A stretch of DNA of 64,000 bases from an uncultured Flaviramulus sp. Lineage in GTDB: Bacteria > Bacteroidota > Bacteroidia > Flavobacteriales > Flavobacteriaceae. The stretch covers positions 15,003 through 79,002 of the forward strand of contig CANMUP010000007.1 in assembly GCA_947501105.1 (NCBI GenBank). Reading direction: 5' to 3'. Under the pieces are notes generated by a model that did not search any database, had not been told where the DNA came from, and worked only from the letters and a program-made list of their open reading frames with translations. The position numbers were made by a program, and so were the translations under genes. Positions 1 through 8,536 of the stretch are shown one piece after another (position 1 is the first letter of the stretch; every line of letters starts with the position of its first letter).

Positions 1-1160
1 GAAAAGTAAAAGAGAATTTTTCTGTTTATGCTACTGTATCTGGTACGGTATCTAAAAAATTAGTAGAGCAAGGTGCTTCAATAAAGCAGGGACAGCCTTT
101 GTTAAAAATCACGAATTTAAATACGGTTTGGGCGAATTTTGATGTCTATGAAAATCAAATAGATATGTTTAGGGTAGGACAGGAAGTTTCTATTAAGACA
201 AATGCATACCCTGATAAAATATTTAAAGCTAAAGTTTCTTTTATAGACCCTATACTTGATGTAAGAACAAGGACAATGAAATTGAGAGCTGTTTTAAACA
301 ATGGAAAAGATTTGTTTAAACCAGGTATGTTTATAGAAGGTAATATAAAGCCTGTTAACGTAATTAAAGGACAAATATCTGTTATACCTTCAAGTGCTGT
401 TTTATGGACAGGAAAACGCTCCGTAGTGTACCTAAAGAAGAATGCTAACGAGCCTGTATTTGAATTACGAGAAGTAGTATTAGGTAATAGGATTGGAGAA
501 AATTATGAAGTATTAGAAGGGGTTGATAATGGAGATGAAATTGTAACTAACGGCACGTTTACTGTAGATGCTGCTGCCCAATTACAAGGTAAAAAATCCA
601 TGATGAATAAAGAAGGAGCTAAGGTGATGACTGGTCATGAAGGACATCTTGGTGTGGATTCAAAACCATCAAGCACAAATGAAAATCATTCTAATATGAA
701 TGAAAGAATAGAAGTGTCTGCAGATTTTCAAAATCAATTGAAAACAGTTTTTTATGATTATATCAAATTAAAAGAAGCTTTGGTAAAGGAGGATTCTAAA
801 AAAGCGAATGAATATGCAAAAGCATTAGTATCGAATTTAGGGAAAGTAGATATGAAATTATTAACTGATAATGCGCATAGCCATTGGATGACTTTAGAAA
901 AAAAATTAAAAGCTTCAACAAATTCAATTTCAAACACATCAAATATTAAAGAGCAGAGAAATCATTTTAAACATCTGTCTTCACATTTAGCAAAGGTTCT
1001 TCAGTTATTTGGTGTAAACGAAAAGGTTTATTATCAATTTTGTCCGATGGCAGATAGTAATAAAGGAGCATATTGGTTGAGTAAGGAAGAAAAAGTAATC
1101 AATCCATATTTTGGGGAAGCCATGCTTACCTGTGGAGAAGTAAAACAAGTAATAGAATAA
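1..1160 (+). CDS. CusB/CzcB-like efflux RND periplasmic adaptor with C-terminal DUF3347-like metal-binding domain (5'-truncated by window edge)
   Basis: Frame is open from base 3 (KVKENFSVYATVSGTVSKK...). MFP motifs FIDPILD..TRT.K.R and LFKPGMF; C-terminal His/Met-rich linker, QFCPMA..NKGAYWLS and NPYFGEAMLTCG typical of DUF3347. Confidence 0.85.
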   Translation, partial: KVKENFSVYATVSGTVSKKLVEQGASIKQGQPLLKITNLNTVWANFDVYENQIDMFRVGQEVSIKTNAYPDKIFKAKVSFIDPILDVRTRTMKLRAVLNNGKDLFKPGMFIEGNIKPVNVIKGQISVIPSSAVLWTGKRSVVYLKKNANEPVFELREVVLGNRIGENYEVLEGVDNGDEIVTNGTFTVDAAAQLQGKKSMMNKEGAKVMTGHEGHLGVDSKPSSTNENHSNMNERIEVSADFQNQLKTVFYDYIKLKEALVKEDSKKANEYAKALVSNLGKVDMKLLTDNAHSHWMTLEKKLKASTNSISNTSNIKEQRNHFKHLSSHLAKVLQLFGVNEKVYYQFCPMADSNKGAYWLSKEEKVINPYFGEAMLTCGEVKQVIE

Positions 1161-1194
1161 TCAATTATAAATAATAACAATTAAATTTTTAAAG

Positions 1195-1617
1195 ATGAAA
1201 AAAGTAATTTTAAGTGTAGCGATAATTGCAGCTATTGGTTTAGTGAGCTGTAAAAATGATTCAAAACAGAAAACAGAGACAACTACCGAAGTTTCTCGTG
1301 AAATGGCGATGACAGATTTGTCCTTTGGTGTTAGAGGGAATTGTGGTATGTGCAAAAAGACTATTGAAAAAGCAGCCAATAGTGTAGATGGTGTTGCTAA
1401 AGCAACTTGGGATGTAGATAAGAAGAAAATTGATGTAACTTTTGACGATTCTAAAACTGATGTCACAGCTATTCATAATGCTATAGCTGCTTCTGGCTAT
1501 GATACTGAAAAAGTATCTGGTAGCGAAGAAGCTTATAAGGGTTTACCAGGTTGTTGTCAGTATGACCATGAAATGGCAATGAGCCAGTCTGGAGAAGCTA
1601 AAGAAGGAGAGCATTAA
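1195..1617 (+). CDS. Heavy-metal-associated (HMA/CopZ-like) lipoprotein
   Basis: Lipobox LVSC; GNCGMCK metal-binding motif; LPGCCQY tail. Confidence 0.85.
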   Translation: MKKVILSVAIIAAIGLVSCKNDSKQKTETTTEVSREMAMTDLSFGVRGNCGMCKKTIEKAANSVDGVAKATWDVDKKKIDVTFDDSKTDVTAIHNAIAASGYDTEKVSGSEEAYKGLPGCCQYDHEMAMSQSGEAKEGEH

Positions 1618-1828
1618 CTAAGAATATAAAACTTTTGAAGAATAGACCTTCTAAGCACTAATTAAATTGTAAACAAGAACCTCTTTCTTAGACAAGTTAA
1701 GAGGTTTGCTTTAATTTGTAGTATTAATAAAAATAGTTTGATTAATAATAATGGGAAAATTTTGAACTGAGACGTATAATTTTAAATGTAAGACTTTATA
1801 AAATAGATCATATTTTAGAGCAGCAACT

Positions 1829-1857
1829 AAAAAACCCTTGATTTCTAAGGGTTTTTT
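1829..1857. terminator. Bidirectional hairpin with A/T runs
   Basis: AAAAAACCCTT-gatttct-AAGGGTTTTTT. Confidence 0.75.
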
Positions 1858-1866
1858 AAGTTTAAA

Positions 1867-1879
1867 GTGGTACCTCCAG
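1867..1879 (-). mobile_element. att-like remnant matching the 3' end of a flavobacterial tRNA-Phe
   Basis: Minus strand CTGGAGGTACCAC matches my recollection of the acceptor-stem end of Flavobacteriaceae tRNA-Phe (…CCTGGAGGTACCA). The T-arm is absent, so this is not a full tRNA. Confidence 0.5.
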
Positions 1880-2295
1880 TGGCTTGCCATAATGTATTCA
1901 TATATACCTGTATGTATCTATGTACGTCTTTTTAGTATTCTTTTAATTAGTAAATGTATTTGTGTGGTTTGTTATGCAATTGAGTATTCGAGAGCATATT
2001 TTAGACTGACATTATTTTTTGATAATCCAGTTCTATTAGAAATTTACAGATCTTGTATGTTACAACCGATACAAGTATCAAGGAATTCTTAGGATTAAAA
2101 CTTCAATTTTTAGATGATTAGTTTCTTTTTATTTGAAATTTATTAATGATTTTCATAAGACATTTTGTTATTTCTTTTTTAGAGTTGATAAATACAAATT
2201 TAGCTAAATTCAATGAGGAGTTTCTGAACGAAATTATTTAGATGATGAACAATACTCCATAGTATTGCATATATAAACCATTAAAACAAAATATT

Positions 2296-2718
2296 ATGAC
2301 TTTATTCGAAAATGCTCAAAAATTCTTTCACAATTGTGAATCTGCAAAAGGTTGGGAAGCCTGTGCAGCATATGTAGACGGTAATGGTAAATTTGATTGT
2401 CAATCTCAAGCATTAGCCAATGTTAATGACATTAAAAGTTATGTGGATTGGGTATATGGTTTGAGTAATGTGACAATGCCTGGAAGTAGATATGAAGTTC
2501 ACGCTTCTGCTTTTGATGAAGAAACCAATACTGCTATTTTTTTCTCAACATTTATTGGAACACATACTGGAGAGGGTGGACCTATTCCACCAACTCAAAA
2601 AACTACAAATACCGATTATGTTTATGCCATAAAAATGAATAACAATGGCAAAGTATCGAGTATGACCAAAATTTGGAATGCACCATGGGCATTACGTGAA
2701 TTGGGTTGGATGGACTAA
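2296..2718 (+). CDS. SnoaL-like / NTF2-fold ester cyclase family protein
   Basis: 140 aa; F.GTHTGEGGP.PPT.K and terminal KIWN..WAL.ELGW pattern. Confidence 0.7.
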   Translation: MTLFENAQKFFHNCESAKGWEACAAYVDGNGKFDCQSQALANVNDIKSYVDWVYGLSNVTMPGSRYEVHASAFDEETNTAIFFSTFIGTHTGEGGPIPPTQKTTNTDYVYAIKMNNNGKVSSMTKIWNAPWALRELGWMD

Positions 2719-2741
2719 ACCCTGAAGTGTTAAAACAATAG

Positions 2742-2773
2742 AAAAGCAGGGTCCTACAAAGCCTGCTTTTTTT
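2742..2773. terminator. Bidirectional intrinsic terminator between convergent genes
   Basis: AAAAGCAGG-11 nt-CCTGCTTTT followed by T run. Confidence 0.75.
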
Positions 2774-2803
2774 GATGTTTTTAACAAAACGTATTTGTCT
2801 TCA

Positions 2804-3370
2804 TTATTCAATAAGATCAAAGAACGAATCAATGTAGACAATAAGTTCACTACTCTGTTTATAATGTAGAAGTAAGTTTAATCCGAACATCAATCCTACT
2901 AACATTTCTACAAACTCAGGTATTTTGTTGATGTCTTTAATCCCTCCAGCTTTATAAGTGTTATGCAGTGCAGCACTATATGAGTTTCTCATGTTTTTAA
3001 GAAATTGGTCATACACAGGACTGAGGGTTTTCAGCTCTTGTTTTAGCTCTAATGCAATATTCATGAGCATGCAAGTACAAGGGTCGTCATTAAAATTTGA
3101 ATTTGCTACTTCGTGATAAACTTCTCTAATAGCTTCAACCCCTTTTTTACTATGTTCAATAAAGTGAAATACAGGATCAATATTTTCGGACAAGTAACTG
3201 TCAATACTATCCAATAAAAGTTGTTCTTTTCCCCATTGATTGTATAAGAAAGATTTGCTTATTCCCATCCCTTCGGCAAGTTCCTGATATGAAACTGCCC
3301 TATAGCCATTTTCCCAGAATATAGGAACAGCTTTTTTAATCAGTTGATCCAGGTCTATACGTTTATACAT
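2804..3370 (-). CDS. TetR/AcrR family regulator (paralog 2)
   Basis: N-terminal HTH: FWENGYRAVSYQELAEGMGISKSFLYNQWG-KEQL. Confidence 0.85.
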   Translation of the reverse strand: MYKRIDLDQLIKKAVPIFWENGYRAVSYQELAEGMGISKSFLYNQWGKEQLLLDSIDSYLSENIDPVFHFIEHSKKGVEAIREVYHEVANSNFNDDPCTCMLMNIALELKQELKTLSPVYDQFLKNMRNSYSAALHNTYKAGGIKDINKIPEFVEMLVGLMFGLNLLLHYKQSSELIVYIDSFFDLIE

Positions 3371-3924
3371 TTGGTGATTAAGTTTAAATTATTTTGAATA
3401 TATTTCTCTGCTTCTTTATGCGAAAAAATCACATACATACCCATACTTGTACAATAGAAAGTGGTTAGTTGCTGTGGCGTTATCTTTAACGTATCAATAC
3501 TTAGTGTTAATTTTTCTTTGAGCAGTTGCTCGAATCTGTCTTTTAGAAAATCCAAGTACGTATTAAAAAACGCTTGCATTTCATGAGTTTCTCTGAGTTC
3601 CATAGCCATAGAGGAAATATAGCACCCTATGGGATGATTATTGTTCTTGGATGGGTTAAAAAAACTCATGTAAAATTGAAATAATCTCTTCTCAATTGAT
3701 ATAGGTTGAGACAATAACTTCCAGTCAATATGCCTCTTTTTATATAATTCTAGAGAAGCAAGTAATATGCCTTCTTTGTTTCCGAATTCTTCATAAAGTG
3801 AATATCTATTCACATTGGTTCGGTCAACTATTTCTTGAATACCAGTTCCATTATACCCTTCCTCCCAAAAGAGGGTTAAGCACTTTTCTAAAACATTGTT
3901 TCTATTAAATTCTTTAGGTCTCAT
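3355..3924 (-). CDS. TetR/AcrR family regulator (paralog 1, NemR/ComR-like)
   Basis: MRPKEFNR…LFWEEGYNGTGIQEIVDRTNVNRYSLYEEFGNKEG; GCY motif in ligand domain. Confidence 0.9.
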   Translation of the reverse strand: MRPKEFNRNNVLEKCLTLFWEEGYNGTGIQEIVDRTNVNRYSLYEEFGNKEGILLASLELYKKRHIDWKLLSQPISIEKRLFQFYMSFFNPSKNNNHPIGCYISSMAMELRETHEMQAFFNTYLDFLKDRFEQLLKEKLTLSIDTLKITPQQLTTFYCTSMGMYVIFSHKEAEKYIQNNLNLITKCINV

Positions 3925-4051
3925 ATATATAACAAACTCCTGTTATCTTTTTTAAGTTCGAATAATGGGTGCAATATCCACCCAAAAATACAACTACAAG
4001 TTAAGCATTGTTTTTATGCTGATAATTGGCTATTTGAAAGTTTTGATATTT

Positions 4052-4360
4052 TTATTCTCTTAGTTCAAACATGATGTCAACTATTTCAACTGAAGGTGGT
4101 TCGATAGCTTTATAAGCCTTTGGGATTGTAGCTGCCAAATCAGATTCTTTAAACTTTTTCAATGATTCCATAGAATCCCAAATATATACACCTCCATAAT
4201 AGCCAGATTCGTGCATTTTTACATAATATTTCTGTATGATGCCATGAATTGCTTTAAACTCTGGCTCACGCTCTTTTGCAATTTTGAACATGTCATCTTC
4301 AGATAGCTTTGTTTTAATTTTTACAATCTGCATTATTGAACCTTTAGTTTTTTTATCCAT
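4052..4360 (-). CDS. YdhR-like putative monooxygenase (dimeric alpha+beta barrel)
   Basis: 102 aa; GIIQKYY…YGGVYIWDS.ES pattern. Confidence 0.7.
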   Translation of the reverse strand: MDKKTKGSIMQIVKIKTKLSEDDMFKIAKEREPEFKAIHGIIQKYYVKMHESGYYGGVYIWDSMESLKKFKESDLAATIPKAYKAIEPPSVEIVDIMFELRE

Positions 4361-4363
4361 ATG

Positions 4364-5326
4364 CTAAAATTTTATATTTTCTCCTAATCCGGCAAATACA
4401 TAATCTTCTCCAAAATAATCTTGTAAGATTTTAAAAGCTAAATGACCTGTACAATGCGTAGGAGCTACCTTATTAACTTTCAAATTATTTTTTAATCTTT
4501 TGGCTAAATCTAATAGTGCAATTTTATCATAAGGAAGAAGGTGGTAACCACCATAAACCATTTCAATATTGTTTTTAGTAAACTTTTTTGATTCAGAAAT
4601 AATTTTTTCAACAGTACTATGAGAGCAACCTACAAACAATATTTCACCCTCATCAGACTTTAGAGACAGAGAAATTTCTTTAAGACCATTAAATTTAGCA
4701 TTATGAGATTCACAATTTTCACATGCATCAAGACTAGGGTATTTGTTAAAATATCCCATATATTCAGAAGACGTAGTAATTAACCTTATGCCTGGCTCAA
4801 TTTCTGTATTCTCTTTAATAAATTCAATATTAGCATTCCAAAACCGTCCTGTTTGGTTGAAATGATAATCTTTGTAATCTCCTCCAAAATATTGCATTCT
4901 TTTATCTAGGGAATCTGTTGCCGTGGAATCTGTACCAGAAATATCAAAAGGAATATTGGCTCCCCAAAATAAGTCAAACGGAAAATAGATTTTAACATTA
5001 GGGTTAATTTTTAGGAGGTAATCAAAACCGTTAATGTGATCAAAATGTGCATGTGAAGCTATAGCAAAATCAATTTGCGACAAATCGATATTCAAAGCTT
5101 CCACATTACCTTTAAAAATATTTGCATTTGTCCCACCATCAAACAATATTGTTTTGCCTTTATATTTAACTATGCATGAAAACCCAAAGTCCTTAATTAT
5201 GCCCTCTTTATCATCTCCAAATGCGTCATAGAGATTAATAATAGTGTTCTGCTCCATTTTTTTATAGCTGTTTTGCGAACACCCTATAAGTGTAAAAACA
5301 ATACAGATTAATAAAATCTTAGACAT
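4364..5326 (-). CDS. MBL-fold metallo-hydrolase, predicted lipoprotein
   Basis: Lipobox LIGC; ILFDGG, SHAHFDH (HxHxDH), GCSH, GGYHL, PTHCTG. Confidence 0.85.
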   Translation of the reverse strand: MSKILLICIVFTLIGCSQNSYKKMEQNTIINLYDAFGDDKEGIIKDFGFSCIVKYKGKTILFDGGTNANIFKGNVEALNIDLSQIDFAIASHAHFDHINGFDYLLKINPNVKIYFPFDLFWGANIPFDISGTDSTATDSLDKRMQYFGGDYKDYHFNQTGRFWNANIEFIKENTEIEPGIRLITTSSEYMGYFNKYPSLDACENCESHNAKFNGLKEISLSLKSDEGEILFVGCSHSTVEKIISESKKFTKNNIEMVYGGYHLLPYDKIALLDLAKRLKNNLKVNKVAPTHCTGHLAFKILQDYFGEDYVFAGLGENIKF

Positions 5327-5580
5327 AGAATTTTTAATAATTTCATGTGTGGTTTGTTACTAAGATAGTAAAAAGGAAGTAATATGTTGTTTTTAATAAT
5401 CTAATTGTTAATGGATGTTTTTAGTAATAGAGAGGTTGAAAACTACTACTATTAAATAGATTAAGCTCATTTAAACGATTAGATAAGAGGTTTATAGAAA
5501 ATTCTATTTTAATTGATAGAACTTATTTATGTTTGAATCACCATAACATAAGTAGGTTAAGTTCATGGTAGATTTGGGGC

Positions 5581-5610
5581 AAAAAAGGTGAACGTATGTT
5601 CGCCTTTTTT
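5581..5610. terminator. Orphan terminator-like hairpin
   Basis: AAAAAAGGTGAAC-gtat-GTTCGCCTTTTTT, not directly downstream of any ORF. Confidence 0.6.
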
Positions 5611-5782
5611 ATTAAATATACTCATCTAATTAAAGAAGGAATTAACATATGTTTAGCTAATTATACTAAATAGTATGTATCTTGTATATGCCCAACATTT
5701 TTGGTGTTTCTCTTAATTGATAGGATTAATAGCTATATCCCTAACAAATTAATGTTAGACTTATTCTTTAAAGAGAATATAT

Positions 5783-5810
5783 AAGGAGGTATTTTAGCCT
5801 CCTTTTTTTT
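5783..5810 (+). terminator. Orphan terminator-like hairpin
   Basis: AAGGAGG-tattttag-CCTCCTT followed by T run, ~70 nt upstream of the next ORF. Confidence 0.6.
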
Positions 5811-5878
5811 ATGAAAAAAAGTGACCAAAATTAAAATAAGGTGTCTTAAAATTATTGATAACTAAAATTTTATACATC

Positions 5879-6088
5879 ATGTTAAAAAAAAGTATTATTA
5901 TTTTATTGGTACTATTAGCTATAAGTTGTGGAGGTAAGAAAGAAAAAAATAATCAAGCAGAGAATACAGTATTAGAACAAGAAATAGAATCTATAGAAGC
6001 AGTTACTGAAGAGCTTAAAAATACAGAAAAAAGTATAGAAGCATCCATTAAAAAATTGGATACTATGTTAAACGAAATAGAAGACTAA
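5879..6088 (+). CDS. Small acidic coiled-coil lipoprotein
   Basis: ATG at 5879 preferred over TTG 5855; lipobox AISC; E-rich heptads. Confidence 0.7.
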   Translation: MLKKSIIILLVLLAISCGGKKEKNNQAENTVLEQEIESIEAVTEELKNTEKSIEASIKKLDTMLNEIED

Positions 6089-6093
6089 ATATT

Positions 6094-6651
6094 ATGAAAA
6101 AATCACTTAAAACTATATTTACAGTTATATTACTAGTTGGGTTTGTAGCTGTTGGATTTGCTCAAAAACCTGAGCATGCTGGTAAAAAGGAAAAAACAGT
6201 AAAGAAAATTAAGAAAGAGAAAAAAAATGTACAAGAAGAAATTCAGGAAAATAAACAAAAGAAGGATAAGGTAGAAAAAAAGCTAAAAAAGGAGAAGAAA
6301 GAAAAAATTGAAGAGTTTGAAGAAAAGGGTAATTCTTATGGAAAGGAAAAATTTGGGTTAGAAGGAAAAGCTTATGGACAGGAACGTGCAAGACAAGCTA
6401 AGTTACAGAAAGAAGAGAAAACAAAACAATTAGAAAACACCGTGAAAAAAGGTGAATCCAAAGCCAATGATGCAAGGGAAAGGGTTAAAGTTGCCAAGGA
6501 GAAGCTTAAAGTTAAAAAGAAGCAAGGCAAAATAACAGATGAAGACTATAGCGAAAAAATGGAAAAGTTAGAAGCTATTGAAAAAGAAGCTGATATATTG
6601 GAAAAGAAAGTTAAAAAAGGTAAAAGGTTAAAAAAATCTGAAGCTAACTAA
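6094..6651 (+). CDS. Secreted Lys/Glu-rich coiled-coil hypothetical protein
   Basis: Signal peptide ending GFA|Q; low-complexity K/E with central GNSYGKEKFGLEGKAYGQ. Confidence 0.7.
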   Translation: MKKSLKTIFTVILLVGFVAVGFAQKPEHAGKKEKTVKKIKKEKKNVQEEIQENKQKKDKVEKKLKKEKKEKIEEFEEKGNSYGKEKFGLEGKAYGQERARQAKLQKEEKTKQLENTVKKGESKANDARERVKVAKEKLKVKKKQGKITDEDYSEKMEKLEAIEKEADILEKKVKKGKRLKKSEAN

Positions 6652-6809
6652 TAGATCTAGAACTAGGTTTTATAAAAGGTCAATCCAATTAAGGGTTAGC
6701 TTTTTTCTTTGCTTAATAAAAACAGTGCATTTTAACGAAAAGATTGTAAAGAATTAGACTTTTTTTAAAGCAGGTCTTATTTTTGTAAACATCTATAAAA
6801 AAGGAAGTT

Positions 6810-7646
6810 ATGAGTATGAGGTATTTAGAAAGTGTTTTAGGAACTGTAGTAACTATTATGGCACTATTATTAATGGTTAATTGTGATAGTGATAACAGCA
6901 GTAAAAAAGAAACGGCTAGAGTTCAATTAAAATTAGTTGATGAACCAGGGGATTATTTAGAAGTTAATATTGAAATTATAGACATACAATACAAATCTTC
7001 TGATGAAGAAGAAAGTTGGGAAAGTTTTACTCCTGAAGGTGGATATCCAATAAATGTTGATATTACCGAGCTTATAGCTGGAAATAGCTTGTTATTAACA
7101 AATGAAGTAGTGCCAGTTGGTATATTAAAACAAGTAAGATTGGTTTTAAGTGATAATAATACGCTTAAAATAGAAGGGGGAGATGAGCTAGTCTCCTTAG
7201 ATACTCCAAGTGCAGAACAATCAGGTTTAAAACTCAATTTAGATGAAGAGTTAGAAGCTGGATTTGTGTATTCATTCATATTAGATTGGAATGTTCAGAA
7301 GTCTATTGTTAAAGCAGGTAATTCGGGGAAATATATTTTAAAACCTGTCATTAAAGTTAATGCAGAAGTTAGTTCTGGTTCTATAAGTGGAAAAGTAGTT
7401 GAAAATATTGAAGAAGTTGAAACAGCAATTTCTAATCTAGTAGTAGAAGTTTATACTACAGATGGCATACTAGTTAAAGACACATTAACTAATGAAAACG
7501 GAGATTTTGTAGTTCAAGGTCTTGAAGCTGGAAATTATATTTTAAAGATTTCTAGAGAAGGTTATGTTGATTATACTTCGGCTGAAGTAAGTGTTGAAGT
7601 TGGTAATATAGAGTCAGCTGGAACAATAGTATTAGAGTTGGAATGA
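6810..7646 (+). CDS. DUF4382-domain lipoprotein with carboxypeptidase-regulatory-like C-terminal domain
   Basis: Lipobox MVNC; L.D.PGDY..VNIEI.DIQ, L.TPSA.QSGLKL, SIVKAGNSGKYILKPVI; TNENGDF…L.AG.Y.L.IS. Confidence 0.8.
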   Translation: MSMRYLESVLGTVVTIMALLLMVNCDSDNSSKKETARVQLKLVDEPGDYLEVNIEIIDIQYKSSDEEESWESFTPEGGYPINVDITELIAGNSLLLTNEVVPVGILKQVRLVLSDNNTLKIEGGDELVSLDTPSAEQSGLKLNLDEELEAGFVYSFILDWNVQKSIVKAGNSGKYILKPVIKVNAEVSSGSISGKVVENIEEVETAISNLVVEVYTTDGILVKDTLTNENGDFVVQGLEAGNYILKISREGYVDYTSAEVSVEVGNIESAGTIVLELE

Positions 7647-7671
7647 AATTCTGATAAAAATAACTATCAAG

Positions 7672-7704
7672 AACCCATTCTTTTCTTTTAGAATGGGTTT
7701 TTTT
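7672..7704 (+). terminator. Intrinsic terminator
   Basis: AACCCATTCT-8 nt-AGAATGGGTT then T run. Confidence 0.75.
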
Positions 7705-7872
7705 AGTAGGTTTAACTTTTTAACAAAATTAAGTAGGCAGGTTAGTGTTAAACATTATTACTTGTAATACTAAACCTTCTTTTTTGTATAATTCATGCGT
7801 TTCGACGAAAATATTATGCTTTCATCTTGCCTCTGGCTATATTTGATGTGTTAACCTATTTAAGAAAATGTT

Positions 7873-8475
7873 ATGAAAAGTATAGCTCGAATGTCTCTTT
7901 TGAGTCTAGGATTGTTGTTTTTTGGGTGTAATCTGGAAAGTATAGAACAATCTAACAATCAAGTTTTAGCTGAGAAAAAATCATCCAAAAAAGAAAAGAG
8001 TTTTGATGTTGTAGAAAGTGATAGTTCAATAGATGATACTTCAGATGAACACTGTCATACAGTTAATTTAATAGCTGGACAACATCATGAAATTGGAACA
8101 GTAACTATAGATATTGAAGGAGATAATTTAATAGTAACATATATAACAAATGGTGATTGGGTTTTAGATGCCACACATTTACATATTACCAATTGTGAAG
8201 AAGATGGTTTCCCAACTACAGGATCAAATAATCCAAAAATTGGTCATTTTGATTATACAAGTGTACATGAAGATGGAACAACTCAAGTTACTTATACAAT
8301 AGATATAGGTGAAATTACAGGAGAATTGTGTTTTGCAGCACTTGCAGAAGTAGATGGTCCATCTGAAGAAACAGCTTGGGCAGAGGGAAATGACTTTGGA
8401 GGTAATAGTTGGGCAATGTATTTTGAAGCTGATTTGACAGATTGTGATGATGACGATACACTGCCAGCTTTTTAA
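7873..8475 (+). CDS. Acidic hypothetical lipoprotein
   Basis: Lipobox FFGC; LIAGQH..IGTV, ATHLHI, NPKIGHF, ETAWAEG..F.G..WAMYF. Confidence 0.7.
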   Translation: MKSIARMSLLSLGLLFFGCNLESIEQSNNQVLAEKKSSKKEKSFDVVESDSSIDDTSDEHCHTVNLIAGQHHEIGTVTIDIEGDNLIVTYITNGDWVLDATHLHITNCEEDGFPTTGSNNPKIGHFDYTSVHEDGTTQVTYTIDIGEITGELCFAALAEVDGPSEETAWAEGNDFGGNSWAMYFEADLTDCDDDDTLPAF

Positions 8476-8511
8476 AATAAAGACTCAAAATAATAATACA
8501 ATAAATTTAAG

Positions 8512-8536
8512 AGACTGTCTGAATAGGCAGTCTTTA
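8512..8536 (+). terminator. Intrinsic terminator
   Basis: AGACTGTCT-gaat-AGGCAGTCT-TTA. Confidence 0.6.

Noticed and set aside
1867-1945. Possible full tRNA gene
   Set aside because: Only the last 13 nt fit; no T-loop (GTTCGA) or anticodon arm follows.
1838-2092. 84-aa ORF spanning the hairpin and att-like site
   Set aside because: TTG start inside a terminator-like stem, no recognisable motif; probably spurious.
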